From Eledone cirrhosa (lineage: Eukaryota), in contig OZ024744.1 in NCBI GenBank assembly GCA_964016885.1, positions 101,804,001 through 101,868,000 on the forward strand: DNA of 64,000 nt, written 5' to 3'. Positions 1-10,300 of this stretch are shown here, one piece after another. Position 1 is the first letter of the stretch, and the number at the start of each line of letters is the position of its first letter. The notes beneath the pieces were generated by a model. It saw only the letters and a program-made list of their open reading frames with translations, ran no database searches and had not been told where the DNA came from. The position numbers were made by a program, and so were the translations under genes.

Positions 1-3000
1 TTATTGTTGGTTTGTATATTGTTGGCTTTGTTTATTGTTGGTTTGTTTATTGTTGCGTTTTTTATTGCAGGCTTTGTTTAATGTTGGTTTGTTTTATTGT
101 TGGCTTTGTTTATTTTTGGTTCCTTTATTGTTGGCTTTGTTTGTTGTTGGTTTGTTTATTGTTGGGTTTGTTTATTGTTGGTTTGTTTATTATTGGCTTT
201 GTTTATTGTTGGTTTGTTTATTGTTGGCTTTGTTTATTGTTGGTTTGTTTATTGTTGGCTTTGTTTATTGTTGGCTTTGTTTATTGTTGGTTTGTTTATT
301 GGTGGATTTGTTTATTGTTGGTTTGTTTATTGTTGGCTTTGTTTATTGTTGATTTGCTTATTGGTGGCTTTGTTTATTGTTGGTTTGTTTATTGTTGGCT
401 TTGTTAATTGTTGGTTTATTTATTATAGGCTTTAATTATTGTTGGTTTGTCTATTGTTGGCTTTGTTTATTGTAGGCTTTGTTTAATGTTGGTTCGTTTA
501 TTGTTGGTTTCTTTATTTTTGGTTTGTTTTTTATTAGTTTGTTTATTGTTGTCTTTGTTTATTTTTGGTTTGTTTATTGTTGGCTTTGTTTATTGTTGGT
601 TTGTTTATTATTGGCTTGGTTTATTGTTGGTTTGTTTATTGTTGGTTTGTTTATTGTTGGCTTTGTTTCTGGTTGGTTTGTTTATTATTGGCTTTGTTTA
701 TTTTTGTTTTGTTTATTGTTGGCTCTGTATATTTTTGGTTTGTTTATATACTGGCATTGTTTATTGTTGGTTTGTTTATTGTTGGCTTTGTTTATAGTTG
801 GTTTGTTTATTGTTGGTTTGTTTATTGTTGGCTTTGTTTATTGTTGGTTTGTTTATAGCTGGCTTTGTTTAATGTTAGTTTGTTTATTGTTGGCTTTGTT
901 TATTTTTTATTTGTTTATTGTTGGCTTTGTTTATTGTTGGTTTTTTTATTGTTGGTTTGTTTATTGTTGGCTTTGTTTATTGTTGGTTTGTTTATTGTTC
1001 GCTTTCTTTATTGTTGGTTTGTTTATTATTGGCTTTGTTTATTGTTGGTTTGTTTATTGTTGGCTTTGTTTATTGTTGGTTTGTTTATTGTTGGTTTGTT
1101 TATTGTTGGCTTTGTTTATTGTTGGCTTTGTTTATTGTTGGTTTGTTTATTATTGGCTTTGTTTATTGTTGTTTTGCTTATGTGTGGCTTTGTTTATTGT
1201 TGGTTTGTTTATTGTTGGCTTTGTTTATTGTTGGTTTGTTTATTATTGGCTTTAATTATTGTTGGTTTGTCTATTGTTGGCTTTGTTTATTGTTGGTTTG
1301 TTTATTGTTGGCTTTGTTTATTGTTGGTTTGTTTATTGTTGGCTTTGTTTATTATGGGTTTGTTTATTGTTGGCTTTTTTTATTGTTGGTTTCTTTATTG
1401 TTGGCTTTGTTTATTGTTCGTTTGTTTATTGTTGGTTTGTTTATTGTTGGCTTTGTTTATTGTTGGTTCGTTTATTGTTGGCTTTGTTTATTTTTGGTTT
1501 GTTTATTACTGGCTTTGTTTATTGTTGGTTTCTTTATTTGTCGGCTTTGTTTATTGTTGGTTTGTTTATTGTTGGCTTTGTTTATTGTTGGGTTTTTTAT
1601 TGCAGGCTTCGTTTAATGTTGGTTTGTTTTATTGTTGGCTTTGTTTATTTTTGGTTCCTTTATTGTTGGCTTTGTTTATTGTTTGTTTGTTTATTGTTGG
1701 CTTTGTTTATTGTTGGTTTGTTTATTGATGGCTTTTTTATTGTTGGTTTGTTTATTGTTGGCTTTGTTTATTGTTGGTTTGTTTATTATTGGCTTTGTTT
1801 ATTGTTGGTTTCTTTATTGTTGGCTTTGTTTATTGATGGTTTGTTTATTGTTGGCTTTGTTTATTGTTGGTTTGTTTATTGGTGGCTTTGTTTATTGTTG
1901 GTTTGTTTATTGTTGGCTTTGTTTATTGATGGCTTTGTTTATTGTTGGTTTGTTTATTATTGGCTTTAATTATTGTTGGTTTGTCTATTGTTGGCTTTCT
2001 TTATTGTTGGTTTGTTTATTGTTGGTTTTGTTTATTGTTGCTTTCTTTATTGTTGGATTGTTTATTGTTGGTTTGTTTATTGTTGTCTTTGTTTGTTGTT
2101 GGTTCGTTTATTGTTCGCTTTGTTTATTGTTGGTTTGTATATTATTTGCTTTGTTTATTGTTGGTTTGTTTATTGTTGGCTTTGTTTATTTTTTGTTTGT
2201 TTATTACTGGCTTTGTTTATTGTTGGTTTGTTTATTGTTGGCTTTGTTTATTGTTGGTTTGTTTATTGTTGGCTTTGTTTATTGTTGGGTTTTTATTGCA
2301 GGCTTTGTTTAATGTTGGTTTGTTTTATTGTTGGCTTTGTTTATTTTTGGTTCCTTTATTGTTGGCTTTGTTTATTGTTGGTTTGTTTATTGTTGGCTTT
2401 GTTTATTGTTGGTTTGTTTATTGTTGGCTTTTTTTATTGTTGGTTTGTTTATTGTTGGCTTTGTTTATTGTTGGTTTGTTTATTGGTGGATTTATTTATT
2501 GTTGGTTTGCTTATTGTTGGCTTTGTTTATTGTTGGTTTGTTTATTGTTGGCTTTGTTAATTGTTGGTTTATTTATTATTGGCTTTAATTATTGTGGGTT
2601 TGTTTATTGTTGGTTTGTTTATTGTTGGTTTGTTTATTGTTGCTTTGTTTATTGTTGGTTTGTTTATTGTTGGTTTGTTTATTGTTGGTTTGTTTATTGT
2701 TGGTTTGTTTATTGTAGGCTTTGTTTAATGTTGGTTCGTTTATTGTTGGTTTGTTTATTGTTGGTTTGTTTATTATTGGCTTTGTTTATTTTTGGTTTGT
2801 TTATTGTTGACTTTGTATATTTTTGGTTTGTTTATATACTGGCTTTGTTTATTGTTGGTTTGTTTATTGTTGGCTTTGTTTATAGTTGGTTTGTTTATTG
2901 TTGGTTTGTTTATTGTTGGCTTTGTTTATTGTTGGTTTGTTTATTGCTGGCTTTGTTTAATGTTAGTTTGTTTATTGTTGGCTTTGTTTATTTTTGTTTG

Positions 3001-6000
3001 TATATTGTTGGCTTTGTTTATTGTTGGTTTGTTTATTGTTGGTTTCTTTATTGTTGGCTTTGTTTATTGTTGGTTTGTTTATTGTTCGCTTTCTTTATTG
3101 TTGGTTTGTTTCTTATTGACTTTGTTTATTGTTGGTTTGCTTATTGTTGGTTTTGTTTATTGTTGGTTTGTTTATTGTTGGCTTCGTTTATTGCTGGTTT
3201 GTTTATTGGTGGCTTTGTTTTTTGTTGGTTTGTTTATTGTTTGCTTTGTTTATTGTTGGCTTTGTTTATTGTTGGTTTGTTTATTATTGGCTTTGTTTAT
3301 TGTTGTTTTGCTTATTTGTGGCTTTGTTTAATGTTGGTTTGTTTATTGTTGGCTTTAATTATTGTTGGTTTGTCTATTGTTGGCTTTGTTTATTGTTGGT
3401 TTGTTTATTGTTGGCTTTGTTTATTGTTGCTTTCTTTATTGTTGGTTTCTTTATTGTTGGCTTTGTTTATTGCTCGTTTGTTTATTGTTGGTTTGTTTAT
3501 TGTTGGCTTTGTTTATTGTTGGTTTGTTTATTATTGGCTTTGTTTATTGTTGGTTTGTTTATTATTTGCTTTGTTTATTGTTGGTTTGTTTATTGTTGGT
3601 TTTGTTTATTTTTGGTTTGTTTATTACTGGCTTTGTTTATTGTTGGTTTGTTTATTGTTGGCTTTGTTTATTGTTGGTTTGTTTATTGTTGGCTTTGTTT
3701 ATTGTTGGTTTGTTTATTGTTGGCTTTGTTTATTGTTGCTTTCTTTATTGTTGGTTTGTTTATTGTTGGCTTTGTTTATTGCTCGTTTGTTTATTGTTGG
3801 TTTGTTTATTGTTGGCCTTGTTTATTGTTGGTTTGTTTATTGTTGGCTTTGTTTATTGTTGGCTTTGTTTATTGTTGGTTTGTTTATTATTTGCTTTGTT
3901 TATTGTTGGTTTGTTTATTGTTGGCTTTGTTTATTGTTGGTTTGTTTATTGTTGGATTTTTTTATTGTAGGTTTCTTTATTGTTCGCTTTCTTTATTGTT
4001 GGTTTGTTTATTATTGGCTTTGTTTATTGTTGGTTTCTTTATTGTTGGCTTTTTTTATTGTTGGTTTGTTTATTGTTGGCTTTGTTAATTGTTGGTTTGT
4101 TTATTGGTGGATTTGTTTATTGTTGGTTTGTTTATTGTTGGCTTTGTTTATTGTTGGCTTTGTTTATTGTTGGTTTGTTTATTGTTGGCTTTGTTTATTG
4201 TTGATTTGCTTATTGGTGGCTTTGTTTATTGTTGCTTTGTTTATTGTTGGCTTTGTTAATTGTTGGTTTATTTATTATTGGCTTTAATTATTGTTGGTTT
4301 GTCTATTGTTGGCTTTGTTTATTGTTGGTTTGTTTATTGTTGGCTTTGTGTATTATTGGCTTTGTTTATTGTTGGTTTGTTTATTGTTGCTTTCTTTATT
4401 GTTGGTTTGTTTATTGTTGGTTTGTTTATTGTTGGTTTGTTTATTGTTGGTTTGTTTATTGTAGGCTTTGTTTAATGTTGGTTCGTTTATTGTTGGTTTG
4501 TTTATTGTTGGTTTGTTTATTATTGGCTTTGTTTATTTTTGTTTTGTTTATTGTTGGCTTTGTATATTTTTGGTTTGTTTATATACTGGCTTTGTTTATT
4601 GTTGGTTTGTTTATTGTTGGTTTTGTTTATAGTTGGTTTGTTTATTGTTGGTTTGTTTATTGTTGGCTTTGTTTATTGTTGGTTTGTTTATTGCTGGCTT
4701 TGTTTAATGTTAGTTTGTTTATTGTTGTCTTTGTTTATTTTTTGTTTGTTTATTGTTGGCTTTGTTTATTGTTGGTTTGTTTATTGTTGGCTTTGTTTAT
4801 TGTTGGTTTGTTTATTGTTGGCTTTGTTTATTGCTGGTTTGTTTATTGGTGGCTTTGTTTATTGTTGGTTTGTTTATTGTTGGCTTTGTTTATGGTTGGC
4901 TTTGTTTATTGTTGGTTTGTTTATTATTGGCTTTGTTTATTGTTGTTTTGCTTATTTGTGGCTTTGTTTATTGTTGGTTTGTTTATTGTTGGCTTTGTTT
5001 ATTGTTGGTTTGTTTATTATTGGCTTTAATTATTGTTGGTTTGACTATTGTTGGTTTTGTTTATTGTTGGTTAGTTTATTGTTGGCTTTGTTTATTGTTG
5101 GTTTGTTTATTGTTGGCTTTGTTTATTATGGGTTTGTTTATTGTTGGCTTTTTTTATTGTTGGTTTGTTTATTGTTGTCTTTGTTTATTGTTCGTTTGTT
5201 TATTGTTGGTTTGTTTATTGTTGGCTTTGTTTATTGTTGGTTTGTTTATTGTTGGCTTTGTTTATTGTTGGTTTGTTTATTATTTGCTTTGTTTATTGTT
5301 GGTTTGTTTATTGTTGGCTTTGTTTATTTTTGGTTTGTTTATTACTGGCTTTGTTTACTGTTGGTTTGTTTATTGTCGGCTTTGTTTATTGTTGGTTTGT
5401 TTATTGTTGGCTTTGTTTATTGTTGGGTTTTTTATTGCAGGCTTTGTTTAATGTTGGTTTATTTTATTGTTGGCTTTGTTTATTTTTGGTTCCTTTATTG
5501 TTGGCTTTGTTTATTGTTGGTTTGTTTATTGTTGGCTTTGTTTATTGTTGGTTTGTTTATTGTTGGCCTTTTTATTGTTGGTTTGTTTATTGTTGGCTTT
5601 GTTTATTGTTGGTTTGTTTATTATTGGCTTTGTTTATTGTTGGTTTGTTTATTGTTGGCTTTGTTTATTGATGGTTTGTTTATTGTTGGCTTTGTTTATT
5701 GTTGGTTTGTTTATTGGTGGCTTTGTTTATTGTTGGTTTGTTTATTGTTGGCTTTGTTTATTGTTGGCTTTGTTTATTGTTGGTTTGTTTATTATTGGCT
5801 TTAATTATTGTTGGTTTGTCTATTGTTGGCTTTGTTTATTGTTGGTTTGTTTATTGTTGGCTTTGTTTATTGTTGCCTTCTTTATTGATGGCTTTGTTTA
5901 TTGTTGATTTGTTTATTGTTGGTTTGTTTATTGTTGGTTTGTTTATTGTTGGCTTTGTTTATTGTTGGATTCTTTATTGTTGGTTTTGTTTATTGTTGGT

Positions 6001-6181
6001 TTGTTTATCGTTAGCTTTGTTTAATGTTCGTTTATTTATTGTTAGTTTTGTTTATTGTTGGTTTCTTTATTGTTGGCTTTGTTTATTGTTGGTTTGTTTA
6101 TTATTGGCTTTGTTTATTGTTGGTTTGTTTATTATTGGCTTTTTATTGCTGGTTTGTTTATCGTTGGCTTTGTTTACTGTT
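1..6181 (+). repeat. 15/16-bp T/G-rich satellite array 0 (31-bp dimer TTTGTTTATTGTTGG-CTTTGTTTATTGTTGG), 5' partial
   Basis: Continuous tandem monomers with scattered substitutions, read directly. Confidence 0.98.
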
Positions 6182-6308
6182 GTCAGTCAGTCTAATTATT
6201 TACTGTCTATAGTTAGTCTAATACTTTACAGTTTATAGTTAGTCTAATACTTTACTGTCTATAGTTAGTCTAATACTTTACAGCCTATAGTTAGTGTAAT
6301 ACTTTACT
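6182..6308 (+). repeat. 26-bp minisatellite GTCTATAGTTAGTCTAATACTTTAC(A/T): 4 full units plus a degenerate lead unit (5 full units in cassettes 5-9)
   Basis: Units start at 6205, 6231, 6257 and 6283; their ends alternate TTTACA/TTTACT. Confidence 0.95.
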
Positions 6309-6750
6309 GTCTTATGAGAAGCTAAATATTATGGGCTTATAAGAAGCTAAGTATTATGGTCTTATGACAAGCTAAATATGGCCTTATGAGATGCTAAATA
6401 TGGTCTTATGAGAAGATAAATATTGTGGTCTTATGAGAAGATAAATAGGGTTTTTATGAGAAACTAAATATTATGGTCTTATGAAAACTTAAATACTTAT
6501 GAGAAGTTAAATATTATGGTCTTATGAGAAGCTAAATATGGTCTTATGTAAATTAAGATATTATGGTCTTATGAGAAGCTAAATACAGTTTTCTTATGAG
6601 AAGCTAAATATGGTCTTATGACAAGTTAAATCCAACCTTATGAGAAACTAAACATTATGGTCTCAGAAGCTAAATATTATGCCTGTATTAGAAGTTAAAT
6701 ATGGTCTTATGTGAAGCTAAATATTGTATCATTATGAATGGCTAAATCTG
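6309..6750 (+). repeat. 22/25-bp minisatellite GGTCTTATGAGAAGCTAAATAT(TAT), left arm
   Basis: Diverged tandem monomers of 22 or 25 bp, differing by presence or absence of TAT. Confidence 0.93.
6734..6750 (+). repeat. Left target-site duplication ATGAATGGCTAAATCTG of SINE copy 1 (right copy at 6943-6959)
   Basis: Exact 17-bp direct repeat flanking the GC-rich insert. Removing the insert and one repeat restores a continuous minisatellite (...GGCTAAATCTG|GTCTTATGAGAAG). Confidence 0.92.
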
Positions 6751-6765
6751 TGGAGGGCGGTGGAT

Positions 6766-6777
6766 TGGCAGTATCGG
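6766..6777 (+). promoter_or_regulatory. Pol III type-2 A-box-like element (identical in all nine SINE copies)
   Basis: TGGCAGTATCGG resembles the A-box consensus TRGCNNARYNNG and lies 15 nt from the element's 5' end. Confidence 0.65.
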
Positions 6778-6828
6778 TAGAGGGTCGGCCGCCATGCTTT
6801 CCAGCATAGTTACGTCCCTTTACGATCT

Positions 6829-6840
6829 GAGTTCAAATCC
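6829..6840 (+). promoter_or_regulatory. Pol III type-2 B-box (identical in all nine SINE copies)
   Basis: GAGTTCAAATCC matches GTTCRANNC, about 50 nt downstream of the A box. Confidence 0.8.
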
Positions 6841-6942
6841 CGCCGAGGTTGACTTTGCCTTTCATCCTTACGGGGGCGATAAAATAAAGTACCAGTAATG
6901 CACTGGATAATTGCTGGCCTTGTGCCTAAAGTAGAAACAATA

Positions 6943-7320
6943 ATGAATGGCTAAATCTGGTCTTATGAGAAGTTAAAAGTTATAGTCTTATGAGAAGTTG
7001 AAAATTGTGGTCTTATTAGAAGTTAAACATTATTGTCTTATAAGAAGCTAATTATAGTCTTATGCAGAACTAAATATGGTTTTATTGGAAGCTAGATAAT
7101 ACGGTCTTATGAGCAGCTAAATATTATGCTATTATTAGAAGTTGAATATTAGGGTCTTGTGAGCATCTAAACATTATGGTCTTAACAGTAGCTCAATAAT
7201 ATGGTCTTGTGAGAAGCTGAATATTATTGTCTTATAGGAAGCTAAATATTATGGTCTTATGAGAAACTAAATATGGTCTTATTAGAAGCCTAATATTATG
7301 GTCTTATGAGAAGATAATTA
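6943..7320 (+). repeat. 22/25-bp minisatellite, right arm
   Basis: The same monomer family continues after the SINE. Confidence 0.93.
7080..7083 (+). terminator. Putative Pol III terminator (first T4 downstream of the SINE)
   Basis: No run of four T's lies between 6751 and 7079; GGTTTTATT is the first. It is present in the full cassettes and deleted in cassettes 5 and 6. Function is inferred only. Confidence 0.3.
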
Positions 7321-10300
7321 TGTTTATTGTTGGCTTTGTTTATTGTTGGTTTGTTTACTGTTGGCTTTATTTATTGTTGGTTTGTTTATTACTGGCTTTG
7401 TTTATTGTTGGTTTGTTTATTGTTGGCTTTGTTTATTGTTGGTTTATTTATTGTTGGCTTTGTTTATTGTTGGTTTGTTTATTGTTGGCTTTGTTTATTG
7501 TTGGTTTATTTATTGTTGGCTTTGTTTATTGTTGGTTTGTTTATTGTTGGCTTTGTTTATTGTTGGTTTGTTTATTGTTTGCTTTGTTTATTGTTGGTTT
7601 ATTTATTGTTGGCTTTGTTTATTGTTGGTTTGTTTATTGTTGGCTTTGTTTATTGTTGGTTTGTTTATTGTTGGCTTTGTTTATTGTTGGTTTGTTTGTT
7701 GTTGGTTTGTTTATTGTTGGCTTTGTTTATTGTTGGTTTATTTATTGTTGGCTTTGTTTATTGTTTGTTTGTTTATTGCTGGTTTGTTTATTGTTGGTGT
7801 GTTTATTATTAGCTTTGTTTATTGTTGGCTTTGTTTATTGTTGGTATGTTTATTGTTGGTTTGTTTATTGTTGGCTTTGCTTATTATTGGCTTTATTAAT
7901 GTTGGTTTTTTTATTGTTGGCTTTGTTTATTGTTGGTTTGTTTATTGATGGTTTGTTTATTGTTGGTTTGTTTATTGTTGGCTTTGTTTATTTTTTGTTT
8001 GTTTATTACTGGCTTTGTTTATTGTTGGTTTGTTTATTGTTGGCTTTGTTTATTGTTGGTTTGTTTATTGTTGGTTTGTTTATTGCTGGCTTTGTTTAAT
8101 GTTGTTTGTTTATTGTTGGCTTTGTTTATTGTTGGATTAGTTTATTGTTGGTTTGTTTATTGTTGGCTTTGTCTATTATTGGTTTGTTTATTGTTGGCTT
8201 TTTTTATTGCGGGTTTGTTTATTGTTGGCTTTGTTTATTTTTGGTTTGTTTATTGTTGGCTTTGTTTATTTTTGGTTTGTTTATTATTGGCTTTGTTTAT
8301 TGTTGGTTTGTTTACTGTTGGCTTTGTTTATTTTTGGTTTGTTTATTGTTGGCTTTGTTTATTGTTGGATTTGTTTCTTGTTGGTTTGTTTATTGTTGGC
8401 TTTGTTTATTGTTGGCGTTGTTTATTGTTGGCTTTGTTTATTGTTGGTTTGGTATTATTGGCTTTGTTTACTGTTGGTTTGCTTATTGGAGGCTTTGTTT
8501 ATTGATGGTTTGTTTATTGTTGGCTTTGTTTATCGTTGGTTTGTTTATTATTGGCTTGAATTATTGTTGGCTTGTTTATTGTTGGTTTGTTTCTTATTGG
8601 CTTTGTTTATTGTTGTTTTGCTTATTTCTGGCTTTGTTTAATGTTGGTTTGTTTATTGTTGGCTTTGTTTATTGTTAGTTTGTTTATTATTGGCTTTAAT
8701 TATTGTTGGTTTGTCTATTGTTGGCTTTGTTTATTGTTGGTTTGTTTATTGTTGGCTTTGTTTATTGTTGCTTTCTTTATTGTTGGTTTGTTTATTGTTG
8801 GTTTGTTTATTGCTCGTTTGTTTATTGTTGGTTTGTTTATTGTTGGCTTTGTTTATTGTTGGTTTGTTTATTGTTGGCTTTGTTTATTGTTGGTTTGTTT
8901 ATTATTTGCTTTGTTTATTGTTGATTTGTTTATTGTAGGCTTTGTTTATTTTTGCTTTGTTTATTACTGGCTTTGTTTATTATTGGTTTGTATATTGTTG
9001 GCTTTGTTTATTGTTGGTTTGTTTATTGTTGCGTTTTTTATTGCAGGCTTTGTTTAATGTTGGTTTGTTTTATTGTTGTCTTTGTTTATTTTTGGTTCCT
9101 TTATTGTTGGCTTTGTTTATTGTTGGTTTGTTTATTGTTGGGTTTGTTTACTGTTGGTTTGTTTATTGTTGGCTTTTTTTATTGTTGGTTTGTTTATTGT
9201 TGGCTTTGTTTATTGTTGGTTTGTTTATTATTGGCTTTGTTTATTGTTGGTTTGTTTATTGTTGGCTTTGTTTATTGTTGGTTTGTTTATTGTTGGCTTT
9301 GTTTATTGTTGGTTTGTTTATTGGTGGATTTGTTTATTGTTGGTTTGTTTATTGTTGGCTTTGTTTATTGTTGATTTGCTTATTGGTGGCTTTGTTTATT
9401 GTTGGTTTGTTTATTGTTGGCTTTGTTAATTGTGGGTTTATTTATTATAGGCTTTAATTATTGTTGGTTTGTCTATTGTTGGCTTTGTTTATTGTTGGTT
9501 TGTTTATTGTTGGCTTTGTGTATTATTGGCTTTGTTTATTGTTGGTTTGTTTATTGTTGCTTTGTTTATTGTTGGTTTGTTTATTGTTGGTTTTTTTATT
9601 GTTGGTTTGTTTATTGTTGGTTTGTTTATTGTAGGCTTTGTTTAATGTTGGTTCGTTTATTGTTGGTTTCTTTATTTTTGGTTTGTTTTTTATTAGTTTG
9701 TTTATTGTTGTCTTTGTTTATTTTTGGTTTGTTTATTGTTGGCTTTGTTTATTGTTGGTTTGTTTATTATTGGCTTGGTTTATTGTTGGTTTGTTTATTG
9801 TTGGTTTGTTTATTGTTGGCTTTGTTTCTGGTTGGTTTGTTTATTATTGGCTTTGTTTATTTTTGTTTTGTTTATTGTTGGCTCTGTATATTTTTGGTTT
9901 GTTTATATACTGGCTTTGTTTATTGTTGGTTTGTTTATTGTTGGCTTTGTTTATAGTTGGTTTGTTTATTGTTGGTTTGTTTATTGTTGGCTTTGTTTAT
10001 TGTTGGTTTGTTTATAGCTGGCTTTGTTTAATGTTAGTTTGTTTATTGTTGGCTTTGTTTATTTTTTATTTGTTTATTGTTGGCTTTGTTTATTGTTGGT
10101 TTGTTTATTGTTGGTTTGTTTATTGTTGGCTTTGTTTATTGTTGGTTTGTTTATTGTTCGCTTTCTTTATTGTTGGTTTGTTTATTATTGGCTTTGTTTA
10201 TTGTTGGTTTGTTTATTGTTGGCTTTGTTTATTGTTGGTTTGTTTATTGTTGGTTTGTTTATTGTTGGCTTTGTTTATTGTTGGCTTTGTTTATTGTTGG

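Larger units (their letters stand above)
6751..6942 (+). mobile_element. tRNA-derived SINE, copy 1 (192 bp)
   Basis: A-box-like TGGCAGTATCGG; B-box GAGTTCAAATCC; GGCGG (6756-6760) complementary to CCGCC (6840-6844) like a tRNA acceptor stem; central GACTTTGCCTTTCATCCTTACGGGGGCGATAAAATAAAGTACCAG; A-rich 3' end; flanking TSD. Confidence 0.88.
6182..7320 (+). repeat. Cassette copy 1 (1139 bp): 26-bp repeats + 22/25-bp repeats + SINE
   Basis: Begins GTCAGTCAGTCTAATT and ends GAGAAGATAATTA; composition differs sharply from the flanking satellite. Confidence 0.95.

Noticed and set aside
6751-6846. Functional tRNA gene
   Set aside because: It has A/B boxes and a 5-bp acceptor-like stem, but I cannot fold canonical D, anticodon and T arms. 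It is followed by a SINE-like body, tail and TSD. tRNAscan-SE would settle this.
6182-7320. CRISPR array (26-bp or 22/25-bp repeats)
   Set aside because: The repeats are directly adjacent with no unique spacers, they are degenerate, and there are no cas genes.
6309-7320. Quasi-palindrome TCTTATGAGA (CTTATAAG in some units) as operator or iteron array
   Set aside because: The palindrome is imperfect, variable among monomers, and has no associated gene or replicon context.
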